NCBI RefSeq assembly: GCF_963921235.1
Contig: NC_086109.1
Coordinates: 6,202,001-6,266,000, forward strand
Reading direction: 5' to 3'
From: Mobula hypostoma
Taxonomy: Eukaryota
Length of the DNA stretch: 64,000 nt
Every line of letters starts with the position of its first letter. Positions within the stretch are counted from its first letter, which is position 1. The notes beneath the pieces were generated by a model. The model ran no database searches and had not been told where the DNA came from. It saw only the letters and a list, made by a program, of their open reading frames with translations. Position numbers and translations under genes: made by a program. Below are positions 49,189-61,264 of the stretch, piece by piece.

Positions 49189-49363
49189 GTAACTCTGATC
49201 AAAAACCTCGAAGTGTACGGCATTGATCCTCAGGCCATTGGAAACGCCCTTCAGTTGAAAGCCCAGGCCAGTGTCACCTTGAGTCTGATCCCTGGAACAA
49301 AGGATAAGATAGTCGTTCAGGTTCAAGGGAACCAGGTTAATCATGTTGCCAAGCTCCTAACAG
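49189..49363 (+). CDS. EIF2D: EIF2D exon 14 (SUI1 domain)
   Basis: tgacag|GTA ... ACAG|gtaagt; 175 nt; VTLIKNLEVYGIDPQAIGNALQLKAQASVTLSLIPGTKDKIVVQVQGNQVNHVAKLLT. Confidence 0.95.
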
Positions 49364-50992
49364 GTAAGTACTTGTGCTTACACATTCCCCTGTAAAATAA
49401 CCCTTCGTCTTTCATTAGCCTAGTTCCTGGAATGTTTCAGGTTGTCTAGTCGTCAGTGCCTAAAGAAGCTGGATCAAAATTCTTTGGAATTTTGAAGGAG
49501 GAGGGCTGGTATTTTAAAACGCGATAGGATTAGAAGGAGACATAACAGAGTGTATGTTGAGATGTTTCCGGGGAGAGAGTCTCTAATGAGGGGACATAAT
49601 CACAAAGTTGGAGATGGTCATCTAAAATCCAATGTATCCGGAGCCTGTCTCACCCCTCCCCATTTATACCACCATCTCCCCTCTCCCCTCTCAGATGCAG
49701 GGTCTCAGCCCAAAAGATCGACAGTTCATCACCACCCCCCTCCCCCACAGATAGTCCTTGACCTGCTTCCCCCAGCAGATCGTCCTGATGAAGGGCCTTG
49801 GCCCAAAACGTTGACTGTTTCTTCCTCTCCATAGATGCTGCCTAACCTACTGAGTACCTCCAGCATTTTGTGTATTGCCATGGATTTGCAGCATCTGCAG
49901 AATCTCCTGTGTTTAAGATCGTTTGATGCTCCAAGTTTCATTTTTTGCAGTGCCTTGTGTCCTAAAAATCCGCTATAATCCTTCGGGAATAAATTTTGCT
50001 ATTTTGCCTGATGGGGTAGTGGTCTTTAGCCCGTACATGAAATATTCCCGTCATATATCACTTATGCACACTGTCAGCATCAAAGGATGATAGATTAATA
50101 ATAATCAATAGCTAGCTAAATTAATCTCTTCTGACTACACACTGTCCATATTCCTCCATTTTTCTCACATTCATGTTCCTATCTAAATATCTCTTAGAAG
50201 TCCCTAATGTATGTGCCTCCATCACCATACCAGGCAATGCATTTCAGGCATCCGCCACTTTCTGTGTTTTTAAAAAAGACCTGCTCTTTACATCTGCTTT
50301 GAAATGAACCCCCCCCCCCCCCACTATGCATGCCCTCTGGTATTAGACATCTTAATACCTCTTATCTCCATTGTGAAAATGTACTTTACTTTTTTTTTAA
50401 AATGGCATTTTGGAACCTGAGTCCTTGACAAATTGCAGACCAGCTGATTAAGCAGACGGACAGATTGTACCTGTACTGCCCTCGCTGGTGTGTTTTAACA
50501 TTAACTAGAGAGGCAGCCAAACTCCATTCATGAGAGTCAGGCTATAGCCTCCAAGCACCTTGGTTTTATTGCGGACTCTGTGGCATAACAGAGTGAATAA
50601 GGAGTGAAAATGAAAAACAAATACAGTGCAATTACCATACTGTTCCATTCACACAAGTAAGAACTTTGTAAATTTCCCGAAGGTAAATATTATAAGATTC
50701 CGACAAGTAAATACTACAGATATATAGTATGTGCAAACTATTAGCATCTAGGTTAGTGTCTAACGAACTCAAAAATGACATTCTGCTGTGGTAAAATCCT
50801 ATTGATACCTTTGGCTTAACTTCTAAACAATATTGCATCAACTTACAAGCAATGCTACTGGGGAAACAACAGGATGGCTGTAGATAGAAACTTCTTTTGC
50901 TCCCAACATAAACCTCTGGCCAACTGCCAGCCAATATGTTTTTCTACTTACTACTTCCTAGCGGCACAGGAAGTAACATAATACAGATCAGA

Positions 50993-51223
50993 CTACTACT
51001 ACGTCGACTCAGGCCTAGGGGGCCGGCGTCGGGCATGATGACGGACTCTCCACTTCTCCCTCTCCCTCATCAGTGTGTTCAGTTCATCTACATTAGCCGC
51101 GCCGCTGTCTTCTCAGAGCGTGTTGACCATAGTCTTGGGAGGGTGCCCAGGGTTCATCATTCCGTGCTTGGGCTCCTATATGATGACTAGGCTGGCAGGT
51201 AGCTCAGGGTGGCATAGACAGTG
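50993..51223 (-). mobile_element. RTE-X-like LINE 3' end
   Basis: HPELPASLVII*EPKHG..PG.PPKT..L.EDSG..LMREREKWR; (TAG)n tail; 9-bp TSD cagatcaga. Confidence 0.75.
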
Positions 51224-51660
51224 CAGATCAGAAATTACTTATTAAAATAAAAGCTGAGTGCGCTTAATCGCGTAGAAATACAAATTAATTACCCAAAGGG
51301 CAGAACAGTACCCTCTCCTTGATAGCATTGGTGGCTGCACTTGTGTGTAAAGGAGTGGACTATGCCGTCTTTTTTTTTTGGAGGCTATCACCAGGGCTTG
51401 TGCAGTGATAATCAAAATAAATGCGCTTATGATTGGTACACTCTGAGTTATTTGTTGTTTGTTATGGGCGTAGTGAATAGGAGCAAAACACCATTCCAAA
51501 AGTCCCTGATGTATCTGCCTCTACCACCACTAACAAAGATACTAATCATTATTATGTTATGCTGCATAGTCATCGTTTTGACATCTGCATCAATTATTTG
51601 AAATGGCGGTTCTGGGAATTACGACATTCTGTCTAACGATTGTTTGTAATCTTGTTACAG

Positions 51661-51734
51661 AGGAGTACAGCATCCCATCAAAGTATATTCAAGGTTTGAA
51701 TAAAGCCCCAAAAAGTGGCAAGAAGAGGAGATGA
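51661..51734 (+). CDS. EIF2D: EIF2D exon 15 (last coding exon)
   Basis: ttacag|AG; EEYSIPSKYIQGLNKAPKSGKKRR followed by TGA. Confidence 0.95.
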
Positions 51735-51854
51735 TGGACAATTCGGCCGCACTACCAGTCTCTGTTTCTGTTAGCTTCTAGGCAAATCTTTAATTAGTGG
51801 TTTCCAAAGCAGGTAATGAAAGAGCAGGCGGGTCTGTATAAAGTACTCCACTTG

Positions 51855-51860
51855 AATAAA
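51855..51860 (+). terminator. Likely EIF2D polyadenylation signal
   Basis: AATAAA about 120 nt after the stop codon. Confidence 0.6.
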
Positions 51861-52637
51861 CCATTTGAAAGGAATGGCTCAAGCTGTAAACCAGCCCTGA
51901 ACTACGAGTGGATAGAATAAGTTGTATTCACTGCTGGGAAGGCGAGGTCACTGGCAGATCCTAAGGTCTCTCTACTTTGCAGTGTTCTGTGCAAATGCGT
52001 TTTCCAAAATCCCTCAACAAAGAAGTTCATTGTGCAATGCTGTCCAAGTGACTTCAATAAGATGAAGTACAGAAGAACTGTAATAAAACTCCATACACTA
52101 AACCTTCTGGCAGTGTGTGTTTAATGCGGTGGACATTTGTAGATGATTCAGTCATTGTTGGTGTTGCGAGTGAAGCCACTGTTAAGAGCCTGGAGAGGAG
52201 GGTGATGGCCCGTTTCCAAGCATTGTGAAGGACAAACGAGGGCAGATTAAGCCCCAAAAGTGAGACTTACTGTATCAGTATTAGTGCTGATCTTAAAGCA
52301 ACACACACAAAATACTGGAGGAACTCAGCAGGTCAGGCAGCGGCTATGGAGAGGAATAGAGTCGACATTTTGAGCCGACGTTGAATTTCATGATGAGGGA
52401 CTTCAGCCTGAAACATCAGCTGTTTATTCACTGCCATACATGCGTCCTGACCAGCTGAGTTCCTCCAGCATTGTGTGAGTGTCCTCTGGATTTCCAGCAT
52501 TGGCAGAAGCTCTTGTGTTAATGAACCCTGACCTTCTGTTTATGTTCAGTTTCCATTCATCCAGAGAGCATATTTCCAGACCCCCAATCTAATTCATCCC
52601 ATGATCTTTTTTAATTCAAAGCTACTACCCAGTAACA

Positions 52638-53765
52638 TGAAACAACAGGAATTCTGCAGATGCTGGAAATTCAAGCAACACACATCAAAGTTGCTGGTGA
52701 ACGCAGCAGGCCAGGCAGCATCTCTGGGAAGAGGTACAGTCGACGTTTCAGGCCGAGACCCTTCATCAGGACTAACTGAAGGAAGAGCATCCATCATCAA
52801 AGACCCACACCAGCCAGGTTGTGATTCTTCTCACTGCTATCATCAGGCAGGAGGTACAGGAGCCTTAGGTCCCACACCACCAGGTCCAGGAACAGTTATT
52901 ATCCTACAACCATCAGACTCCTGAACCGGCGTGCAGAACTTCACTACTCTGAACTGATTTTACAAACTACAAGTGGAACAAGTACTACACATGTCCTTAC
53001 ACTTCCTCCCTTACCACCATTCAGGGCCCCCGACAGTCCTTCCAGGTGAAGCAACACTTCACCTGTGAGTCGACTGGGGTGATATACTGCGTCTGGTGCT
53101 CCCGATGTGGCCTTTTATATATTGGCGAGACCCAACGCAGACTGGGAGACCGCTTTGCTGAACACCTACGCTCTGTCCGCCAGAGAAAGCAGGATCTCCC
53201 AGTGGCCACACATTTTAATTCCATATCCCATTCCCATTCTGACATGTCTATCCACGGCCTCCTCTACTGTAAAGATGAAGCCACACTCAGGTTGGAGGAA
53301 CAACACCTTATATTCCATCTGGGTAGCCTCCAACCTGATGGCATGAACATCGACTTCTCTAACTTCCGCTAATGCCCCACCTCCCCCTCGTACCCCATCT
53401 GTTACTTATTTTTATGCACACCTTCTTTCTCTCACTCTCCTTTTACTCCCTCTGTCCCTCTGAATATACCTCTTGCCCATCCTCTGGGTCCCCCCCCCAG
53501 CCTTGTCTTTCTTCCCGGACCTCCTGTCCCATGATCCTCTCGTATCCCCTTTTGCCTATCACCTGTCCAGCTCTTGGCTCCATCCCTCCCCCTCCTGTCT
53601 TCTCCTATCATTTTAGATCTCCCCCTCCCCCTCCAACTTTCAAATCCCTTACTCACTCTTCCTTCAGTTAGTCCTGACGAAGGGTCTCGGCCTGAAACGC
53701 CGACTGCACCTCTTCCTAGAGATGCTGCCTGGCCTGCTGCGTTCACCAGCAACTTTGATGTGTGT
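52638..53765 (+). mobile_element. Young Penelope-like insertion: inverted pLTR + Rex fragment + GIY-YIG domain + pLTR
   Basis: Open GIY-YIG ORF at 53046-53372 (VIYCVWCSRCGLLYIGETQRRLGDRFAEH); near-identical inverted pLTRs; 12-bp TSD tacccagtaaca (52626-52637, 53766-53777). Confidence 0.92.
52737..52774 (-). ncRNA. Minimal type I hammerhead ribozyme motif in a Penelope pLTR, core intact
   Basis: UAGUC-CUGAUGA-A-GGGUCUCGGCCU-GAAAC-GUC/GACUG: stem I, core boxes, stem II, palindromic ACGU stem III and a GUC cleavage triplet. Confidence 0.75.
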
Positions 53766-54469
53766 TACCCAGTAACAGGTCCTTCTGGCCCAACGAGCCC
53801 GCACCACCCAATTACACCCACGTGACCAATTAACGTACGAATGTCTTTGGAATGTGGGAGGAAACCCATGTAGTTACGGAGAGAAAGTGACTCCCAGGGG
53901 CAAATAAGTACCATTGTAGCATAGCGTTAGCGTCATGCTATTAAAGCGCAGGGCGTTCTGAAGATCAGAGTTCGATTCTGGCATCATTCTGTAAGGAGTC
54001 TCTGTACGTCCTCCCAGTGGGATGTGTGGGTTTTCCTCAGGTGTTCGTTTCCTCCCACAGTCCAAAGACATTGTGGGTAGGTTAAATGGTCATTGTAAAT
54101 TGTTTCTGTGATTAAGTTAGAGGGAATCGAATTTGTCAGGGGTTGCTGGGTCAGCGTGACTCAAAGGGCAGGAAGGGCCTAATCCGTGCTGTATCGCTAA
54201 ATAAGTAAACGTCCAATCTTCTTACAGACAGCAGAGCCAATTGAACCCAGGTCACTGGCACTGTAACAATGTTACGCTACGCTACCGTGTCTCCCCTGTA
54301 TATCTTGTATATAGCATACAATGACAAACCAGTCTTGGACAGCACATTCTCTGTAATGCCCTCCACTAACTCTTCCTGTGGTGGTACTGAACATTCTTTC
54401 GAAAGTTCTCATCCAGTATTCCTGCTGATTCCAGACTGCACACGATACTAAGGTCAATAGGGATGGAGT

Positions 54470-54780
54470 TTGTCTTTAACCCCTTTCCTATTGTGGGGCA
54501 GTCTAGGATTAGAGGCCACAACCTCAGAATACGAGGACATCTCTTCGGAACAGAGATGAGGAATTTCTTTAGCCAGAGGGTGGAATTCATTGCCCCAGTT
54601 GGCTGTGGAGGCCAAGTCATTGGGTATATTTCAAATGGAGGTTGATGGGTTCTTGATTAGTGAGGGTGGCAAAGGTTACAGGGAGGAGGCAGGAGGATGG
54701 AGTAATAAATCATCCATGATGGAAGAGCAGAGTAGACTCTGGACTGAATGGCCTAATTCTGTTCCTATGTCTTGTGCACT
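54470..54780 (+). mobile_element. CR1 3' end
   Basis: SRIRGHNLRIRGHLFGTEMRNFFSQRV. Confidence 0.85.
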
Positions 54781-57051
54781 TCCAGCGTTCTCTGATTGTT
54801 TCAGATTTACAGCATCTGCACTTTATTTTGCCCGAAGCCGAACAGAGGAATCTGATTGAATAAATTTACTGTTCTAATCTGTTAAAGGGTTTTGCAATGA
54901 AAAATTTATTCCATCTGCTTCCACAGAAGCTGCCTGTCTTTGAGTCTTTTTAACAGCTTCTGTTTGTGTTTTGGATTTCTCGTGTTCCTACAGTTTTACT
55001 TGATTCTGTGGTTAGAAATTTATTAAGCTGCACTACAGAAATTGCATTTCTGCATCTGACACTTATATTTTGTCCAAGGAAAACCTGGGAACAGACAAAA
55101 TCCTGCACATACAGAGCAACTTAATGCATCATTTTCTGTAAAAGGAAACAAGCAACATCAGTAATACAGAATCACAACTCATAACGTGTTGGCGCGTGGC
55201 CAAGTGGTTAAGGTGTTCATCTAGTGATCTGAAGGTTGCTAGTTCGAGCCTTGGCTGAGGCAGCGTGTTGTGTCCTTGAGCAAGGCACTTAACCACACAT
55301 TGCTCTGCGACGACACTGGCCAAGCTGTATGGGTCCTAATGCCCTTCCCTTGGACAACATCAGTGGCGTGGAGAGGGGAGACTTGCAGCATGGGCAACTG
55401 CCGGTCTTCCAAACAACCTTGCCCAGGCCTGCGCCCTGGAAACTTTCCAAGGCGCAAACCCATGGTCTCATGAGACTAACGGATGCCTATATAAAGAAAA
55501 GTCATTAAATGCATTTCACATCGATAGCAAGGACCACATGATTTGACTGATGCAGTCTGTAAGCTGACCATTGTACAGAAAATCACACTTAATGTATCGG
55601 CATGCCTTGCTTAAAGTACGCACAAAGTTAGACTCACATTTTGAACTCGTGTCTTCCTTTGAATTAGTTTAATGGTTTGCAGATACAAAACAGAAGAGTC
55701 TGTGAACTGACCAATGCCCCAAAAATTTTTCATGTATCAAGTAATTTTATCAACTTATCAACCTTTGATCAATCAGTCGAAACTTTGTTAGATTTCAAAA
55801 CTGCTGAAGTATTTTGTAATTGGAGAAAAAAAATGTGAAAAAACTTTTTTTTATCTTGAACAAGCATCTAAGTTGCATTGATCTTTATAACTAAAAATTC
55901 AGTAATCAAAGAGGAAATTAATCTCCAGCTACATTTCCACAATTATTCACCTATTTAGTCTCTCCTGCCTTGGTTATTATCCTTTACTATTTTATTTTAA
56001 AATCAACAATTCCCAGACTCATACAGCACAGAAATGCCCAGTCCAGTTCTAACTAATTTGGAGAATAAAATGTTACTCCTGGTTAATCATGGGTTCTCCA
56101 ACCAAGCAAACTGGGCCTATTCTTGTCCTGGTTCCAAAGATGAGAACCGGGGTTGGTAACATGTTTCTGGTTTGACTCAGTGTCTCAGAACAGTGATTCT
56201 CCAGAGGAACTTGATAACGTACATCTACTCCCTGATTCTCGTTAGGGTCTTCAGAGGCGTCCTGTCCATTGCAAAAGGTTGCCATTAGCTTCACCAGCAG
56301 AACCAGGGAATATTCTGATGTTTAATTCCACTAGGGAATCTGTGGTTGGGATCTCCATGTGGTCATGGGGGAGAACCTACCAATGCTTTACAGACATTGG
56401 CAGGAATTGAACCTTGATCTTATAGGTGGTGCTGTAACAGTGTTACACTACCTACTATGCTAAAATGCTGACCTACAAAGTTTCCAGCCCATAGATAACA
56501 ATCAGTAGCCATACCTTGCAGAACATTTTGCCCCACAACAGAGTTTATCTTACCTGCAAAAGCAGAAAGGAGAGCATTAGCATGTTGAGTGACAGGGGTC
56601 CATAAAATGGAGATGATGCTTGCTTTTACAAAATGGCCAACAAACCAGTGCAGCAATAAAGAATTCGTAATGCTTCAACTATATCGATTACCTCTTGAAA
56701 AGGCATTCTCTGCTTGGCAAGGATTTTGTTATCAACTCACCTTTCAGCTGGGCAAGGGAAGTGGTGTTGTTACAAACCAAACGTTAATAGGGGTAGTCTG
56801 CATCAGTATTATCTGTTGTTTTGGTAGATGAGCTTGATTTGCATTTTAAGATTCAAGTTTATTTATCAGGTGTGCGTCGAAACATGCAGTGAAATCATTT
56901 GCGTGAACAACCAACACACCCAAGGGTGCGCTGCGGACGACCCACAAATATCACCGTGCATCCCGGCACAACGTAGTATGCCGATAATGTTCAGCAGAAC
57001 ATAACCAGCAACAAACGACAGCAAAAACAAACCCCGTCCCTCCTTCCCACC

Positions 57052-57052
<1 letters not shown>

Positions 57053-57095
<43 letters not shown>
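57053..57095. repeat. (CA)n microsatellite
   Basis: About 20 CA units. Confidence 0.95.
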
Positions 57096-57099
<4 letters not shown>

Positions 57100-60000
57100 C
57101 CTCTAACCCCAGAATAAGCATCTAGCGCCAGCTTCCAGCGGTCTTGGACCCAGGCTTACAGACACCGGGCTTCAACCCCCTCAGCGGATTCACAAACTCG
57201 GCTCCAGCCAACGGGCTGCAACTTCTAACTCGTCCTCGGGCTTCTGTCCACAGCTGACAAACTATTGAATGACATCTCGAATGAAGAAAGTAGGCATCTT
57301 AAACAGTCAAGGCTTATGTCACATTTCTTAATCACCTAATGTTCTATGAGACCTCCAAAAATATACATCTGGTTCCAAATGTTGAAAGATGATTTACTTG
57401 CTATGTATTAATCTTCTGTCTTCTCCAACAATCACCCCACTGTGTTATTACACTGGGAATTAGATTCCAGTAAGGGATAGGTTGAATAACAGAGGAGTGA
57501 ATTCCAAGCTGGCATCAGCTCTTTCAATATGCACGTCCACACAACGGAACACTACACGCTCTCTCTGTGGAGCTCAATATACAGAATATTGTAAGAAATC
57601 ATTAAGATGTCACCAAAAGAATACTGTAGGTAACTTAAACACAAGAGATTCTGCAGATGCTGGAAATCCAGTGTAACACACACACACAATGCTGAAGGAA
57701 CTCAGCAGGTCAGATGGCATCTGTGGAGAGGAATGAACAGTTTCAAGCCAAGACACAACATTTCAGGTGCTGATGAAAGGTCAGCCCAAAACATTAGCTG
57801 TTTATTCCTCTCCAATAGCTGCTGCCTGGCCAGCTGAGTTCCTCCTATATTTTGTGTGTGGTAACTTCATGGGATTCTTTGAAAGGAAAACAGCTCATTT
57901 TAACAAGCTGACGCATCGCCAGTAATGTATGCACAGTTCCTGTCTTTTGTTTGGTCTGCCCCAGACTGATCATCCCACAGGAGTTTCCCTCTAAATGCGG
58001 GGGAAGAAATTCTGCCCCAGTTGTTTGCACTGAATACACAATATGGCAGTTGTTACATGTGTTAACTTCTGTATTGCCTTCCATCTCGGAAGAGAAATAA
58101 AATACACTCTGCATTTTGCCTCATACAACTCTAATGCCCTGTGCAGACAAATGGTTCCAAGGAGGGAATGCCCGTACTCCTGAGTTAGCCAGTTTGTTCA
58201 AGAGGGTCTTCAAAGGAAGTTTGAACTGTGTCCTTCACGCAGAACGTGGGTTCAGCGCTTCAGTAAAGCAATACACCCAAACTACTCCAGAAATGAGCAA
58301 CATTTAGGTGCACATTGGAACATCCCCACTATAAGAAACAACCTCTCCACATCTACTCTATCTAGTTCTTTCAACATTCAAAAGGTTTCAATGAAATCCT
58401 CCCTCATTCTTCAAAATTCTAGCAAGTACAGGCCCAGAGCCATCAAACACTCCTCATATCCTTTCATTCTCGTGAACCTCCCCGGCACCTCTCCAATGCT
58501 AGCACATCTCTTCTCAGCCAAGGGGCCTAAAACTGCCCACAATACTCCCAAGTGTGCTTTGACCAATGCCTTAAAAGTCTGAGGGTGGTAAAAGTGTTCA
58601 CCGTCTGCCTAACTCATTTTTGTTTCATTTATTTACTCCAGAAATGAAATCCCTTTGCATTAATCTGTTTGGAATTATCTAATCCATTGTCCCCTCCTTG
58701 TCCTACTTGCAGTGAATGTCTTTTACCCTGTGTTCAACCTGTAACAGCTCTTATTGAACAACATCAAGATGCAAAAATAATCTAATGTTTCATATCTGTT
58801 CGCAGTCACGTTCCTGCCCCCTTTCAGTCATCTCCTCCAGCCCTACAATTGTTAAAACAGAGTCCAGTTTATTATCACTAACCTGTATAGTGTCGCACTA
58901 TACAGGGGAGTCGACGTTCCCCTGTGTAGTGCGACACGGTAGCGTAGTGGTTAGCACAGGTACAGTACAGGCGACCCGGGTTCAATTCCCACTGCTGCCT
59001 GTAAGCAGTTTGTACGTTCTCCCCATGATTCAGGTCCCCCGCCCCCGTGCACTGGGTTCTTCCCACAGTGAAAGATGTACCCATTGGTAGGTTAATTAGT
59101 CAATGTAAATTGTCCAGTGATTAGGCTAGGATTAAATCGGGAATTGCTGGGCAGCGCAGCTCAAAGGGCTCGAGCCGATTCTGAGCTGTATCCCATTTAG
59201 TAAATATGAAAGTTCTTGTTTTACAGCAAAAATACAGTGTAAGACAAAAATAACTATAATTTACAAAGTAAATAAGTGTAAAAAGTAGTTATGTAGTGTT
59301 CATGAACTGTTCAGAAATCTGACAGTGACAGGGAAGAAGTTGTTCCTGAATCACTGACATTGGGCTTCACGCATCTCCTCCCTGACAATGGTAATGGGAA
59401 GAAGGTATACCTCTGAGACACACCCTCTGGATAACCACTCACTTCTGCACTTCAAGTTCTAGATAGCCGAGAATTCTTGACTTCCCAAATCCTCACACCA
59501 CCCCTCTGGATCTCCCTCTGCAAACCTCTCAAGTAATGTGGGTCTCAGTTTCTGCTTGTGTTTGGCGACCCTGTTTACTGCAGGCATTACCACCCGGGGG
59601 TCCATGGACCACTCAGAGTGGTAACAGTCCACGACATAAAACAAGGTCTGGAACTGGTTTTACTGGGGCAGCACAGTGATGTAGTGGTGAGTTCCGCTAT
59701 CGACAAATGGTAGGTTAATTCGCCGCTGTAAATTGCCCCTTGTGTCGTTGGGCATTAGTGGAATTGAAGATGGGGGGGTGAGAACACAAACAAAATGGGA
59801 TTAGCGTAGATGGGCAGAAGGGCCTGTTTCTAGTTGTATGATTCAGAAGCACAGCAAGTCATCAGTAACCAGTGTTTAAAACAAAAATATTTGAATACAT
59901 TTTTTAAAAAACTCCACCATGATGGTCCCAAGCCCATGTGTTGGACACTGGGCTCGTCACCCCATCCCGTAAAAGCCCAGTGCTACAGCAGCACCAACGG

Positions 60001-60572
60001 AATCTCTAAAGGCCTCATCTTCAGGAGAGGAAGGGATCTTCGGTTAGATGACTACACCTGGGGACAACATTAGAATCAGGTTTAATATCACTGGCATATG
60101 TCATGAAATGTGTTGTTTTGTGGCAGCTGTACATTCCAGTACATAATAAAAGTTATAAATTACAATAAGTATATATTTTTTTAAAAAATAATTAATTAAA
60201 TGGGTAATGCAAAAAGAGAGGGAAAATAGTGAGGTTGTGTACATGGGTTCGATGTCCGTTCAGAAATCGGATGGCGGAGGGGAAGAAGCTGTTCCTGAAA
60301 AGTTAAGCTATAGTTGACAGCCTATGTCCGAGTAGTGGAGATGGGCTTAATTCTAATTCTAAAATTCTAAATATTAGAAAAAAAAATTTAAATGTATTTA
60401 AAGACATCTAAGAGCAATGTCATTACAAATTTCATTATAAATTGTAAAACCAGTTTTGATTGGGAAATGTTTAATAGCTGGTTTAAGACATGCTGTTGAT
60501 AATCGGCCAATTACAATGCAATTTCCAAGGTAATCTACAAGGAAATCCGCCCACATCCCCCTCCTCACCACG

Positions 60573-61264
60573 TCAGCAGCATTTCTTCTCAAACTCTTTT
60601 GGATGTTTGGCCTTTGTCACATTCCTACAAATCCCAGAATTGTTTTCTCCGAGGGACTTGCAGCAGAGATATCCTGGAAGACTAGCGTTGATGGGACTCT
60701 CCTTCAGATCAGGGAAAGCAGCGAAATCCTTCTCTGTGGAAAATTCCAAATGGTTTGGCTTCGGTGTCGGTCTTGTTGATGTTAAATGTTGGTGCTGCTC
60801 CACCATGCGAAGAGCTTTCAACAAACTCTCAACCCCCGACAAGCCGTCAGCGTCAAATAAGAAGCCTGTTAGTTGTTCGCTGAATTTCCCGTCCTGCTCC
60901 CAGCAAATTCCCGGAGTGTTCCAGCCTTCTTCATGGATGCAATGGTCACCTTTGGAGGACTCTGCCTTGCTGCCGTCGGTCTGCTCCTCAAGCAGACCGA
61001 CGGTGTCACTACAGCCCGACCTGGCTTTCGACTTCCGGACCAGCCCTTTCTGGCACATCTTCCTTTGTGAACACCAAGGAACGGCCAGCTTGTTCCTCCG
61101 CTCCTTCTGTCCCGCCTGAGTTGTCCTGGGACTGGGAGCATGGTGAACTTGGTTATTTTTGCTTTTGCTGCTGCTCCTCAGCTTTTGGTCCCTGAGGAAA
61201 TGGTTTATACCTCTCGCCTTACTGGAACTAAACGGTATCCCAGGAGACTGGGGAACAGAGCTGT
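60573..61264 (-). CDS. Probable terminal coding exon of an unidentified gene convergent with EIF2D
   Basis: TTTCTTTTTTTCGTTGCAG| acceptor, then about 230 uninterrupted codons in non-repetitive-looking DNA ending ...KEFEKKCC-TGA. ATTAAA lies about 100 nt downstream (60470-60475 on -). Confidence 0.65.

Noticed and set aside
51699..51704. AATAAA as EIF2D poly(A) signal
   Set aside because: Lies inside coding sequence (Asn-Lys codons); the signal at 51855 is better placed
53046..53372. Stand-alone GIY-YIG nuclease gene (homing or defence nuclease)
   Set aside because: It is the C-terminal domain of a 5'-truncated Penelope element bounded by pLTRs and a TSD; no ATG start
60490..61119. 209-aa + strand ORF
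   Set aside because: Antisense shadow of the - strand exon, which has the splice acceptor and poly(A) signal
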